DNA from: Pseudomonas aeruginosa PAO1
GTDB lineage: Bacteria > Pseudomonadota > Gammaproteobacteria > Pseudomonadales > Pseudomonadaceae
Assembly: GCF_000006765.1 (NCBI RefSeq)
Contig: NC_002516.2
Strand: one strand, 5' to 3'
DNA length: 64,000 nucleotides
Positions 29,682 to 39,641 of this stretch are shown in pieces. The first letter of the stretch is position 1. Each line of letters starts with the position of its first letter. The notes beneath the pieces were generated by a model. The model ran no database searches, was not told the origin of the DNA, and saw only the letters and a program-made list of their open reading frames with translations. A program made the translations under genes and the position numbers.

Positions 29682-30293
29682 TCAGATGCCGATCTTGTCC
29701 AGGGCCCGCCCGACGCCTTCCCAGAACGAGCGCTGCACGCGTTTCCGGTAGCCGCTGGCGGCGAACTGCATGGGCTCCTGAACCTGGTGGGTAGCGCCGA
29801 TTTCCGCAGCGCCGAGATCGGCCGCCACCAATTGCAGCGGGCCATCGCCCTCACCCGCCGGGTGCTCGCTCTTCGGTGGCGGGTTGAGTTCGTCGTAGCG
29901 CAGGTAGTAGACCGAGCCGGCCCTGGCCTCGAGCATGAAGCTGGCGATGCGGGTGAAATCCATCGGACCGTCGGCGAACAGGGTCCAGAAGCTGCCCGCC
30001 AGCGGCCGGCGCATTTCCAGCTTGTAGCTGCCGGTCTCGAACTCGAACGCCAGGTAGCCGTTGCTCGGTAGGCTGCCGATCAGTTCGTTGTTGAGGAAGA
30101 TCCCCGGCGCCTCGAGTTCCTCGTCCGCCCACTGGCTCCGCGGACGGTAGAGGTAGACGGTGGCGTGGCTGGCATCGGCGCTCGGATGGGCGACGAAGGC
30201 CGGTCCGTCCACCGCACCGAAGAACGCGCCGGGCGTGCTGCAGCCGACCAGGCTCGCGACGATCGACAGGGCCAGCGACAGGCTGCGCAGCAT
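29682..30293 (-). CDS. Lipoprotein, DUF2846-like (203 aa)
   Basis: Lipobox LVGC; ATVYLYRP motif. Confidence 0.75.
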   Translation of the reverse strand: MLRSLSLALSIVASLVGCSTPGAFFGAVDGPAFVAHPSADASHATVYLYRPRSQWADEELEAPGIFLNNELIGSLPSNGYLAFEFETGSYKLEMRRPLAGSFWTLFADGPMDFTRIASFMLEARAGSVYYLRYDELNPPPKSEHPAGEGDGPLQLVAADLGAAEIGATHQVQEPMQFAASGYRKRVQRSFWEGVGRALDKIGI

Positions 30294-30386
30294 GCTCCAT
30301 CCCTCTTCTTATGGTTATCCGCGCAGCATAACCAGCCGGGCCGGGCCTGCCACCCGTCGAAAGTCCGGTTCTCCGGGAGAACGGCC

Positions 30387-31667
30387 TCAGGCCGGGCGCG
30401 GCACCTTGGCCAGCGCCGGCGCCGGCATCAGCCGGCGCACCAGCCACTTGCGCACCGGCACCACGCCGCGCTCCTGGAACAGCACGCAGAACGCCACCAG
30501 CAGGACCAGGAACAGCGGGTAGTAGAGCAGCGACGATGGCAGCGCGGCCGCCGCCTCGGTGCAGGCGCGCCAGTCGTCGAGACAACGCCCCGGCACGGCG
30601 ATAAGGCGCTCGCTACGGGAGAACAGGGTGAACATCGGCACATGCAGGGCGAACAGCGACAGCGAGGCGGCCCCCAGGCGCGGCGACCAGTGGCGGACGA
30701 AAGCGCTCTTCGGGTCGGCGGGCAGCGCACAAAGGCACACCAGCAGCAACTGGGCCGGCAGCAGCAGGCCGTTGTGCAGCAGGAAGTACCAATGTTTGGC
30801 GCCCTGGGTGAACAGGTAGTCGGCCACCAGGAAGGCCGCCACCACCAGCGCCACCAGCGCGGCCAGCAGGCCGCGTCCCGGCACCATGCCACGGTCGCGG
30901 TAGCCGCGGAACAACCCGTAGGCCAGGATGCCGCCAAGGAATTCCGGCAGGCGCAGCAACGGATTGCGGTGCAGCAGGCCGGTCCAGGGGATCCCGTAGC
31001 TCTCGCTGGCCACTACCAGCGCCGGCGGGATCAGGTAGACCAGCCAGACCAGCGCCAGCACCTTCCACTTGTGCCGGCTGCGCATCAGCCGCGGGGCGAC
31101 GAAGGGAAACGCCAGGTAGAAGAACATCAGCGTCGACAGCGACCACAACGGCGCGTTGAAGGTCAGGTAATAGGGATTCCAGGCCTGCAGCAGGAGGATC
31201 TGCAGGATGCTGTTGACGAACAGTTCGGTGTTGCTCATCCAGTGCAGGAAGAGTTCCGGGTGGGTGCGGCCGAGCACTTCGTTGGTGTCGTAGATGACGA
31301 AGCGCGGGGTGGCCTTGTCCAGCTCGGGACCGATTCCCAGGTGGCTGAGGGCCAGCAACACCAGGATCGACAGCAGCAGGGAGAACAGGTGCAGCGGATA
31401 GAGATTGGACAGTCGCTTGGTCCAGAAGCTGCGGGCGCTTTCGCGCAACCGGCCGCTGCGTGCGTAAACATGGGCCAGGAGGAAGCCGGAAAGCACGAAG
31501 AAGGTACTGGTGGCGAAGAACCCCAGGCTGGTCAGTTCGTCGAGACCGGGAAACTTCTGCTCTTTCGGATAGGTATGCAGGGTGTGGTACACCACCACGT
31601 ACAGGCCGAGCAGGAAGCGCAACCATTCCAGTCCGATGAAACGTTCCTTGGAGTCGGGCGTTGCCAC
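30387..31667 (-). CDS. Acyltransferase-3 (OafA/YrhL-like) membrane O-acyltransferase (426 aa)
   Basis: IGLEWLRF, FFVLSGFL, WSLSTL; GTG start after AAGGAG. Confidence 0.85.
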   Translation of the reverse strand: MATPDSKERFIGLEWLRFLLGLYVVVYHTLHTYPKEQKFPGLDELTSLGFFATSTFFVLSGFLLAHVYARSGRLRESARSFWTKRLSNLYPLHLFSLLLSILVLLALSHLGIGPELDKATPRFVIYDTNEVLGRTHPELFLHWMSNTELFVNSILQILLLQAWNPYYLTFNAPLWSLSTLMFFYLAFPFVAPRLMRSRHKWKVLALVWLVYLIPPALVVASESYGIPWTGLLHRNPLLRLPEFLGGILAYGLFRGYRDRGMVPGRGLLAALVALVVAAFLVADYLFTQGAKHWYFLLHNGLLLPAQLLLVCLCALPADPKSAFVRHWSPRLGAASLSLFALHVPMFTLFSRSERLIAVPGRCLDDWRACTEAAAALPSSLLYYPLFLVLLVAFCVLFQERGVVPVRKWLVRRLMPAPALAKVPRPA

Positions 31668-31766
31668 GCATCTCTCCTTTGTCATTGTAATGGGCGGTCC
31701 GGGGTAGACCCGCAAGCTCCCCGGCAAGTTTCACCGGGCCGGCCAGCGGCTACGAACGGCCGCTCC

Positions 31767-32924
31767 CTAGCGCCGGCGGTCGAGGAAATTCACCACTACC
31801 CGGTCAAGCCAACCCCACAGGCGCTGGTGCAGGCGCATCCACAGGGGTCGCGCGCGCCACATCGCCAGGGTCACCTCGCGGCTGTCGGCGAAGTCCGCCA
31901 GCAGGCTCGCCGCCGCCTCATTGGTGAAGTCCGGGTCGAGGGCCTCGAGATTGGCGTCGAGGTTGAAGCGTAGATTCCAATGATCGAAGTTGCAGGAGCC
32001 GACGCTCACCCAATCGTCGACCATGACCATCTTCAGGTGCAGGAAGCGCGGCTGGTATTCGTGGATGCGCACGCCGGCGCGCAGCAGGCGCGGGTAGTAG
32101 CGCTGCCCGGCATAGCGCACCGGGGCGTGGTCGGTGAGCCGCCCGGCCAGCAGCAGGCGCACCTCCACGCCGCGCTGGGCGGCCTTGCGCAGGGCCCGGC
32201 GAACCTTCCAGGTCGGCAGGAAGTACGGCGTCGCCAGCCAGATCCGTCGGCGCGAGCCGTTCAGCGCGCGGACCAGCGATTGCAGGATGTCGCGGTGCTG
32301 GCGGGCGTCGGCGTAGGCCACCCGGCCCAACCCACGGGCCGCCCCCGGCTGCGGCGGAAGGCGGGTAAGGGTCATGCCCTCGCGGGGCTTCCAGGCTTTC
32401 TCTTCGAGACAGGCCAGCCATTGCCGCTCGAACAGCGCCGCCCAGTCCGCCACCACCGGGCCGTCCATCTCGACCATCACCTCGCGCCAGGCGCTGACGT
32501 CGCTGACCGGTTCCCAGAATTCGTCGGTGATCCCGGCGCCGCCGACATAACCGAGGCGCCCGTCCACCAGCAGCAGCTTGCGATGGTCGCGGTAGAGATT
32601 GCCGCCAGTCAGCTTCCAGCGCAGCGGGTTGTACAGCCGCAGTTCGCCGCCGGCCTCGCGCAGGCGCTGGATCCAGGCGCTGCCCAGGCCGAGGCAGCCG
32701 AAGCCGTCGAACAGGCAGCGCACGGCGACGCCCCGGCGGCGGGCATCCAGCAGGGCGACGAGAAACAGTTCGGCGCAATGCCCGTCTTCCACCAGGTACA
32801 GCTCCAGCTCGATGCTCCGCTGCGCCGCCTCGATGGCCAGCAGCATGCGCGGGAAGAACCGCACGCCGTCATTGAGCAGGGCGAAGCGGTTGTCGCTGCG
32901 CCAGGGAAAGACCGGGCCGCTCAC
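31767..32924 (-). CDS. Phospholipase D / cardiolipin-synthase-like protein (385 aa)
   Basis: Two HKD motifs: HRKLLLVD and HLKMVMVD. Confidence 0.9.
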   Translation of the reverse strand: MSGPVFPWRSDNRFALLNDGVRFFPRMLLAIEAAQRSIELELYLVEDGHCAELFLVALLDARRRGVAVRCLFDGFGCLGLGSAWIQRLREAGGELRLYNPLRWKLTGGNLYRDHRKLLLVDGRLGYVGGAGITDEFWEPVSDVSAWREVMVEMDGPVVADWAALFERQWLACLEEKAWKPREGMTLTRLPPQPGAARGLGRVAYADARQHRDILQSLVRALNGSRRRIWLATPYFLPTWKVRRALRKAAQRGVEVRLLLAGRLTDHAPVRYAGQRYYPRLLRAGVRIHEYQPRFLHLKMVMVDDWVSVGSCNFDHWNLRFNLDANLEALDPDFTNEAAASLLADFADSREVTLAMWRARPLWMRLHQRLWGWLDRVVVNFLDRRR

Positions 32925-33493
32925 CGCGAAGTGAAGATCAGCACGGCGCCGACCGGCACCGAGAGCCCGATGCTGCCGGCGCCGGCCAGCTTGCGCAGGG
33001 TCTCGATGCCGGGGGCGAGGTCGAAGTCGGCGGCGTCCAGCACCAGCGGCGACAGGGTCACCACCTGGAAGCGATGCTCGTCCAGGCGGGTCACCAACAG
33101 GTCGCTGGCGTAGCTCTTGCGCTTGCCGTGCAGGCTGACGGTCACCGGCTGGCGCATTTCCAGTTGCACGCCGTCGGCCAGCTCGACGATCGGCGCCAGG
33201 TCGAGCTGGGCGGTGATCTCCGCCTCGGCGAAGCGCTTGGTCTCGAACAGATACTCGCGGATGCGTTCGTCGCGCAGCGGGATGTCGGTGCTCACCGAGT
33301 CCAGCTCGACGCGCAGGCGCGCCTGGCCCTTGTCGTCGACCTTGCCGTGCATGACCAGGAAACGGCCGACTTCCGAAAGGGTAGCGTTCTTGGTGGAGAT
33401 GAAACTGAGTCGCGACGACTCGTAGTCCAGGTACCAGGCGGCCTGGACCGGCAAGGCCAGGAGGGCCAGGCCGAGGCAGATCAACTTGTGCAT
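32921..33493 (-). CDS. Exported YceI-family lipid-binding protein (190 aa)
   Basis: Signal peptide AQA-AW; SSRLSFISTK and LRDERIREYLFET; GTGA overlap with the PLD gene. Confidence 0.85.
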   Translation of the reverse strand: MHKLICLGLALLALPVQAAWYLDYESSRLSFISTKNATLSEVGRFLVMHGKVDDKGQARLRVELDSVSTDIPLRDERIREYLFETKRFAEAEITAQLDLAPIVELADGVQLEMRQPVTVSLHGKRKSYASDLLVTRLDEHRFQVVTLSPLVLDAADFDLAPGIETLRKLAGAGSIGLSVPVGAVLIFTSR

Positions 33494-33557
33494 GCGGGCT
33501 CCCTTTGCGTCCGGCGCCACCTTAAACCGGCCGCCTGGGAGCAGGCAAACTCCCGCG

Positions 33558-34328
33558 TCAGTCGAGCGCGTGCTGCAACTGACTGACGGTATCGGCCAGG
33601 GTTCCCAGGTGCCGGCGGCGCACCCGTTCGACGCAATCCTGGTCGCGCGGCCAGTGCAGCGCCACGCTGCCGAGCAGGCGACCCTGGGCGCGTACCGGCA
33701 AGGCCACCGCGCGGATCAGGAACGGCAGGCGCACCGGATACTCCCAGTGTCCCTCGGTACGCTCGCCGTAGCCCTGGCCGTGGGCCTGCTCGCGGGTGCG
33801 CAACCAGAGGTCCTCGTCCACCTGGTGCTGGCGCGCCAGGCGGCGCACCTCGCTTTCTGCCAGTTCGCCCAGGCAGGCCTTGCCCATGGCCGAATGGAAC
33901 AGGCTGGCGTGCTGGCCGACCACCAGCCGGTTGGCCGGGTAGCGCTTGCGCAGGACGCCAGGCACCGAGCTTTCCGCCACCAGCAGGCGGTCGCCGTCGA
34001 GAATCGACAAATCGGCGACCAGCCCGGTGCGCTCGCTCAACTCCACCAGCAGCGGCGCGGAACGCTCCACCACCTGGCAACGTAAGCGCTCGGCGGCGTC
34101 ACCGTAGAGGCGGGTGGAACGCAGCCGGTAGCGCCGGTCGGTCAAGCCGCGGTACAGCCAGCCCTGCTCCAGCAGGGTATGCAGCAGCCGCGACACCGTG
34201 GCCTTGGGCAGTTCGGTCAGGTAATGCAGTTCCTCGAGCCCCAGCGCCTGGTGCTGGCCCAGCAGATCGAGGATCGCCAGCGCCCGCTCCACCGAACGCA
34301 CGGTTCCCGCCTCTTCTCTTTCCGGCAT
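33558..34328 (-). CDS. IclR-family transcriptional regulator (256 aa)
   Basis: VRSVERALAIL HTH; SAMGKACL effector-domain motif. Confidence 0.9.
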   Translation of the reverse strand: MPEREEAGTVRSVERALAILDLLGQHQALGLEELHYLTELPKATVSRLLHTLLEQGWLYRGLTDRRYRLRSTRLYGDAAERLRCQVVERSAPLLVELSERTGLVADLSILDGDRLLVAESSVPGVLRKRYPANRLVVGQHASLFHSAMGKACLGELAESEVRRLARQHQVDEDLWLRTREQAHGQGYGERTEGHWEYPVRLPFLIRAVALPVRAQGRLLGSVALHWPRDQDCVERVRRRHLGTLADTVSQLQHALD

Positions 34329-34427
34329 GACGACACCTCCACCGTCGACAGACCGTTATGGCAAAGCAAGATGCAGGCCCAGGTCATGTAGGAAGAATCT
34401 GCGAATACGCCAGCATTGCTCCGCGGC

Positions 34428-35912
34428 CTAGTCGATGCCCCCTGGAGCCTCGAGCATCGCCGGCGGACGGCGGCTGACCCAACGGGTCAGGCCCTCGTGG
34501 GCATGGGCCAGTTGCAGCACCGCCAGGTCGGCCTGCGCCGGGCCGATTATCTGCAATCCCATCGGCAGGCCCGCCGCGCCGAAGCCGATAGGTACGCTGA
34601 TCGCCGGCAAACCGGCCAGGGTCGGGCCGATCACCACCTCCATCCAGCGGTGATAGGTGTCCATCGGCCGCCCGGCGACCTGCCGCGGCCACGCCGTTTC
34701 TGCATCGAAAGGAAACACCTGGGCGCTGGGCAGCAAGAGGAAATCGTAACGTTCGAACAGACGCGCCAGCGCCCGATACCAGTCGCTGCGATCCAGCGAG
34801 GCGCGATAGACCTCGGCGGCGCCGAGGCCGAGCCCGGACTCCACTTCCCACTGCGCCTCCGGCTTGAGTCGGACGCGCCGTGCGGGATCGGCGTAAAGCT
34901 CGCCAAGCGAGCCCTGCACCAGCCACTGGCGATGGACCAGCCAGGTGCGCCACAGGCGCTCCAGGGGATAGTCCGGCAGGCACGCCTCGACGTCGCAGCC
35001 CAGCTCGGCGAAATCGCCCAGCGCGGCTTCGCAAAGCTCCAGCACGCCCTCCTCCATCGGCAGGTAGCCGGCGTAGTCGCCGAGCCAGCCGAGCCGGGCT
35101 CCGCGGAAGTCGCGCCCGAGGTCGTCGGCGAACCTGCGCGGATCGTCGCGCAACGACAGCGGACAGCGCGGATCGTAGCCGGCCTGGGTGGCCAGCAGCC
35201 GGGCCAGGTCGGCCACGCTGCGCCCCATCGGGCCTTCGGTGGCCAGTTGCTGGACGAACAGTTCCGCTTGCGGGCCGTGCGGCACCCGTCCCTGGGACGG
35301 GCGGAAGCCGTAGACGTTGTTGTAGGCGGCGGGGTTGCGCAGCGAACCCATCATGTCGCTGCCGTCGGCCACCGGCAGCATGCGCAGCGCCAGCGCCACC
35401 GCCGCCCCACCGCTGCTGCCGCCGGCGATCCGCGCCGGATCGTAGGCATTGCGGGTGGTGCCGAACAGCGGGTTGTAGGTCTGCGAGCCGAGCCCGAACT
35501 CCGGTACGTTGGTCTTGCCGATGACGATCGCACCGCTGCTCTTCACCCGCTCGACGACGATTGCGTCGTGCTCCGGCACCTGCCCGGCGAACAGCGGCGA
35601 ACCCAGGGTGGTAGGAATGCCGGAAGTGGCGGCAAGGTCCTTGATCGCCTGCGGCATGCCGTGCATCCAGCCCAGCCATTCGCCGCGCGCCAGTTGCCGG
35701 TCGCGCTCGTCGGCCTGGGTGAGCAGGCGGCTTTCCGCCTGCAGCGAGACGATGGCGTTGACCCGCGGGTTGAACCGTTCGATCTGCGCCAGGTAGGCCT
35801 GCATGACCTCGCGGCAGGACAGTTCGCGTCGGCGGATCGCCGCGGACAGCGGCAGCGCGTCAAGCGCGACGATTTCCTCGTGGCCGTCGCTTCGATGGCG
35901 GGTGGCGCTCAT
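34428..35912 (-). CDS. Amidase-signature family amidase (494 aa)
   Basis: IKDL, GGSSGGAA, GSDMMGSLRNPA (Ser-cisSer-Lys triad). Confidence 0.92.
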   Translation of the reverse strand: MSATRHRSDGHEEIVALDALPLSAAIRRRELSCREVMQAYLAQIERFNPRVNAIVSLQAESRLLTQADERDRQLARGEWLGWMHGMPQAIKDLAATSGIPTTLGSPLFAGQVPEHDAIVVERVKSSGAIVIGKTNVPEFGLGSQTYNPLFGTTRNAYDPARIAGGSSGGAAVALALRMLPVADGSDMMGSLRNPAAYNNVYGFRPSQGRVPHGPQAELFVQQLATEGPMGRSVADLARLLATQAGYDPRCPLSLRDDPRRFADDLGRDFRGARLGWLGDYAGYLPMEEGVLELCEAALGDFAELGCDVEACLPDYPLERLWRTWLVHRQWLVQGSLGELYADPARRVRLKPEAQWEVESGLGLGAAEVYRASLDRSDWYRALARLFERYDFLLLPSAQVFPFDAETAWPRQVAGRPMDTYHRWMEVVIGPTLAGLPAISVPIGFGAAGLPMGLQIIGPAQADLAVLQLAHAHEGLTRWVSRRPPAMLEAPGGID

Positions 35913-37232
35913 TCACAGACTCCTTGCCGGCTTGCCCAGGGCCGGTTCACGGGGGCGCGGGGCGGGCGTCGCGCCCTCCCGCAGATAGAGGGTGGCGAGC
36001 AGCCCGAGGAAGGCCGCGCCGAGCACGTAGAACGCCGGCGCCACTGGCGAGCCGCCGACCTCGGTGAGCCAGGTGACGATGAACGGAGCGAAACCGCCGA
36101 ACAGCATCACCGCCAGGTTATACGCCACCGCCAGGCCGGTGGAACGCACCCGCACCGGAAACTGCTCGGCCACCGCGGTCGGCGCCGGGCCGAAGAAGCC
36201 GCCGATCGCCGTGCACAGCAACAGTTGCATCAGCAGCAGGCGCCCCAGGCTCGGCGCCGCGGCGACCCAGGCGAACAGCGGATAGACCATGAGCATGAAG
36301 GCCAGGGTCGCGACCAGCAGCACCGGGCGCCGCCCGACCCGGTCGGAGAGTCCCCCAGCCAACGGGATCACCAGGGTCATCAGCGCCACCGCCGCCATCT
36401 GCACCATGAACACCTCGTCCAGCGGCAGGCCCAACTGCTTGTGGGCGAAGGTCGGCATATTCACCAGCACCACGTAGAAGGACACCGTGCCGACCACCGT
36501 CAGGCCCATGCTCACCAGCACGCTGCGCCGGTATTCGCGCAGCACGCCGAGCAGCCCCTGGCGCTCGCCGGGCTCCCGGATGGCTTCGAGGAAGGCCTCG
36601 GTCTCGCCCATGTAGCGGCGGATCCACAATCCCACCGGACCGATCAGCAGACCGAACAGGAACGGCACCCGCCAGCCCCAGCTCTCCAGGGCCTCGGCGT
36701 CCAGGCAATGGGTGACCAGCGCGCCCATCCCCGCACCGGCGAACACCGCCAGGCACTGGCCGAACAATTGCCAGGAACCGTAGAGACCGCGCCGGTGCGG
36801 CGGCGCGCTTTCCACCAGGAAAGCCGTGGCGCTGGCGTACTCGCCGCCGGTGGCGAAACCCTGCAGCATTCGCGCGATCACGATCAGCAATGGTGCGCCG
36901 ACGCCGATCGCCGCGTAGGTCGGGGCGAAGGCGATCATCGCGATGGACAGCGTCATCAGCAGGATGATCAGTTGCATCGCCGCCTTGCGTCCCCTGCGGT
37001 CGGCATACAGGCCGAGCAGGACCCCACCGACCGGACGCATGAAGAAACCGACACCGAAGGTGGCCAGGGCCATCAACAGCGAGGTGTACTCGTCGCCGGA
37101 AGGGAAGAACAGCCTGGCGATCAGGCTGGAAAGGAAGCCGTAGACGATGAAGTCGTACCACTCCAGGGCGTTGCCGATCACGGCAGCCGCCACCTGGCGG
37201 GTACGCGAGGTACCGCTCGGGCAAGCGTGCAT
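35913..37232 (-). CDS. MFS metabolite:H+ symporter (MHS/ProP-like, 439 aa)
   Basis: GNALEWYDF, ADRRGRK, QGFATGGEY. Confidence 0.92.
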   Translation of the reverse strand: MHACPSGTSRTRQVAAAVIGNALEWYDFIVYGFLSSLIARLFFPSGDEYTSLLMALATFGVGFFMRPVGGVLLGLYADRRGRKAAMQLIILLMTLSIAMIAFAPTYAAIGVGAPLLIVIARMLQGFATGGEYASATAFLVESAPPHRRGLYGSWQLFGQCLAVFAGAGMGALVTHCLDAEALESWGWRVPFLFGLLIGPVGLWIRRYMGETEAFLEAIREPGERQGLLGVLREYRRSVLVSMGLTVVGTVSFYVVLVNMPTFAHKQLGLPLDEVFMVQMAAVALMTLVIPLAGGLSDRVGRRPVLLVATLAFMLMVYPLFAWVAAAPSLGRLLLMQLLLCTAIGGFFGPAPTAVAEQFPVRVRSTGLAVAYNLAVMLFGGFAPFIVTWLTEVGGSPVAPAFYVLGAAFLGLLATLYLREGATPAPRPREPALGKPARSL

Positions 37233-37269
37233 GGGAATCTCCTGGTAACCGGGGGAATGCCGGCGCGGC

Positions 37270-38490
37270 TCAGGCCGCGCCGTTATTGGCGGCAGTCAGT
37301 CGAAGGCCGGACGCCGCGGGGGCGGCCAGCCAGGTCTCGGCGAGCGCGCCCCAATAGGCCGCGCCCCGGACCAGGATGTCGTCGTTGAAGTCATAGGCCG
37401 GGTTGTGCACCATCGGCCGTCCTCTGCCGTTGCCGATGAACAGGTAGCTGCCGGGGCAGCGCTGTAGCATCCAGGCGAAGTCCTCGCTGCCCATCAGCTT
37501 CGGCGTGTCGCCGTCGACCTGCTCCGCGCCGGCCAGCTCGACCCCGACCTGGCGGGCGAACTCGGTTTCCTCGACGCTGTTGACCAGCACCGGATAGGCC
37601 GGGTAGTGCTCGATGCTGGCCTGGCACCCATAGCTGGCGGCCTGCAACTCGATGATCTGGCGAACCCGCTGCAGCACCTGCTCGCGCACCTGGCCGTCGA
37701 GCGCCCGCAGGCTCAGGCGCAGCACGGCGCGCTGGGGTATGACGTTGGCCGCCTCGCCGGCCTGCAATGCGCCGACCGTGACCACCGCGGCCTTCTGCGG
37801 ATCGACGTTGCGCGCCACCACGCTCTGCAGGGCCATCACCGCGCTCGACGCGGCGAGCAACGGATCGACGCTCAGGTGCGGCATCGAACCGTGTCCACCG
37901 ACGCCCTCCAGGGTGACGCTCAGCAGGTCCTGGGAAGCCATCATCGGTCCCGCGCGGAAGCCCAGGTGCCCGGCCTCCAGTCCCGGCATGTTGTGCATGC
38001 CGAACAGCGCATCGCAGGGAAAGCGCTCCAGCAGCCCGTCGGCGAGCATCGCCTCGGCGCCGCCCTGGCCTTCCTCGGCGGGCTGGAAGATCAGTACCAG
38101 GGTACCGTCGAAACGCCGCGTCGCCGCCAGGTAGCGTGCCGCGCCGAGCAGCATCGCGGTGTGTCCGTCGTGGCCGCAGGCGTGCATGCGCCCGCCGTGG
38201 CAGCTGCTGTAGCCGAGCCCCGTGGCCTCGACGATCGGCAGCGCATCCATGTCCGCCCGCAGGCCGAGCCGCCGCGTGCCGTCGCCCTGGCGGAGGACGC
38301 CGACCACGCCGGTGCGGCCGATCCCTTCGTGCACTTCGTAGCCCCAGCCGCGCAGGCATTCGGCGACCAGCGCGGCGGTGCGTCGCTCCTCGAAGCCCAG
38401 TTCGGGATGGGCGTGGATGTCCTGGCGCAGGCTACGCAGGTCGTCGGCGACCTCCTCGAGCCAGGCCACGATGTGTCGATGTCGAGCCAT
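37270..38490 (-). CDS. M20 amidohydrolase (hippurate hydrolase-like, 406 aa)
   Basis: HAHPELGFEE, RADMDALP, HACGHDGH, QPAEEG. Confidence 0.92.
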   Translation of the reverse strand: MARHRHIVAWLEEVADDLRSLRQDIHAHPELGFEERRTAALVAECLRGWGYEVHEGIGRTGVVGVLRQGDGTRRLGLRADMDALPIVEATGLGYSSCHGGRMHACGHDGHTAMLLGAARYLAATRRFDGTLVLIFQPAEEGQGGAEAMLADGLLERFPCDALFGMHNMPGLEAGHLGFRAGPMMASQDLLSVTLEGVGGHGSMPHLSVDPLLAASSAVMALQSVVARNVDPQKAAVVTVGALQAGEAANVIPQRAVLRLSLRALDGQVREQVLQRVRQIIELQAASYGCQASIEHYPAYPVLVNSVEETEFARQVGVELAGAEQVDGDTPKLMGSEDFAWMLQRCPGSYLFIGNGRGRPMVHNPAYDFNDDILVRGAAYWGALAETWLAAPAASGLRLTAANNGAA

Positions 38491-38654
38491 GCCGTCTCTC
38501 CTCTGGCCGGATTGCGCTCCGGTCTTGTTGGCGGGAGGCCCGGACGCAAGGCCGGCCGGGCGTGGTCACAGCTAAGCGCGGCACGCGGCGAAGGACAACG
38601 GAAGGCGGTTCCACTGGGTGGAACCCAAGGCCCGCGCCGCCCTCCGCCGGTACG

Positions 38655-39245
38655 TCAGAACTGTTCCGGCGGCACTTCGCGGAAGTTCAGCACGGCGAAC
38701 ACCGGTACCTCGGGAGTGATCGAGGGAATATTGGCCATCTCCTTCAAGGGCTTGAGCTTCTCTTCCAGGTCGAAGTCGAGCAGCTTCAGCAGCACCGGCT
38801 CCAGGGTCGCCACCTGGACCAGCCCTTCGCCCTGGCGGGTGACCAGCACGTCGGCCTTCAGGCGGCGCTGCTGGCCGTGCAGGTCGAGGGTGAAGTCGAG
38901 CTTCTCGACCCGCGACTGGCCGACCCGCAGGTCGTCGAAGCCGGCCATGTCCAGGCGGCTCTCCACGGTGGCCTCGGGGAAGCGCGAGGTTTCGAAGAAG
39001 TTGTCCTTCATTCGCTCGTCGCGCAGGGCCAGGCCGCTGTCCAGGGTGCCCAGCGGCACCACGATGCGCGCGACGCCCTGCTTGTCGATCTGCCCGCTGA
39101 GACGATCGAAGCGCTGCACCTCGGCCATCTTCGCGCGTTTCACGGAAACGAAGCTGATCCGCGAGTAATCCGGCTCCAGTTGCCATTCCGCCGCCGACAG
39201 CAGAGGGCTGAGGAGCAACAACAGGACACACAATACAACAGGCAT
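38655..39245 (-). CDS. Exported YceI-family protein (196 aa)
   Basis: Signal peptide; SRISFVSVK and LRDERMKDNFFET; paralogous to 32921-33493. Confidence 0.85.
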   Translation of the reverse strand: MPVVLCVLLLLLSPLLSAAEWQLEPDYSRISFVSVKRAKMAEVQRFDRLSGQIDKQGVARIVVPLGTLDSGLALRDERMKDNFFETSRFPEATVESRLDMAGFDDLRVGQSRVEKLDFTLDLHGQQRRLKADVLVTRQGEGLVQVATLEPVLLKLLDFDLEEKLKPLKEMANIPSITPEVPVFAVLNFREVPPEQF

Positions 39246-39305
39246 TCCACCTCCGGCTTCGGGCCGGCGCCGTCCCTCGCCCCGCGCCCCGACATGCGCC
39301 GCCGG

Positions 39306-39641
39306 TCAGTCCGGCAGCCTGTCCGCCTCGGGCATGAGCCGGCATCCCTCGCGCGGGCCCAGCCAGGCGGCCGTCTGCGTACTGCCGAGGCCGCGGGCGG
39401 TCACCCGGCGGCGGGCTTCGTCGTCGAAGAAGCCGCTGATCGGCACGTACTGTTGGGTATAGGCCCGGCAATAGTCCGCGGAGTTCCCCATCACGTAGCG
39501 GCAGGAGCAGTACTCCTTGGCCGTGTAGGCGCCGATGATGGCGGGAAAGGCCGCCAGGTGGATGCGGTTCTGCCAGGCCCACGCGAGGGCGGCGAGCAGC
39601 CCCAGGACGAACAGGAAGAGCAAGGGATGGCGACGGATCAT
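39306..39641 (-). CDS. Small membrane-anchored Cys-rich protein (111 aa)
   Basis: N-terminal TM; GAYTAKEYCSCRYVMG...YC...GCRL; ATGA overlap with the upstream hydrolase gene. Confidence 0.8.
   Translation of the reverse strand: MIRRHPLLFLFVLGLLAALAWAWQNRIHLAAFPAIIGAYTAKEYCSCRYVMGNSADYCRAYTQQYVPISGFFDDEARRRVTARGLGSTQTAAWLGPREGCRLMPEADRLPD

Noticed and set aside
34416-37388. 990-aa plus-strand ORF
   Set aside because: Antisense shadow of the amidase and MFS genes; Arg/Gly/Ala-rich, no motifs; expected in high-GC DNA.
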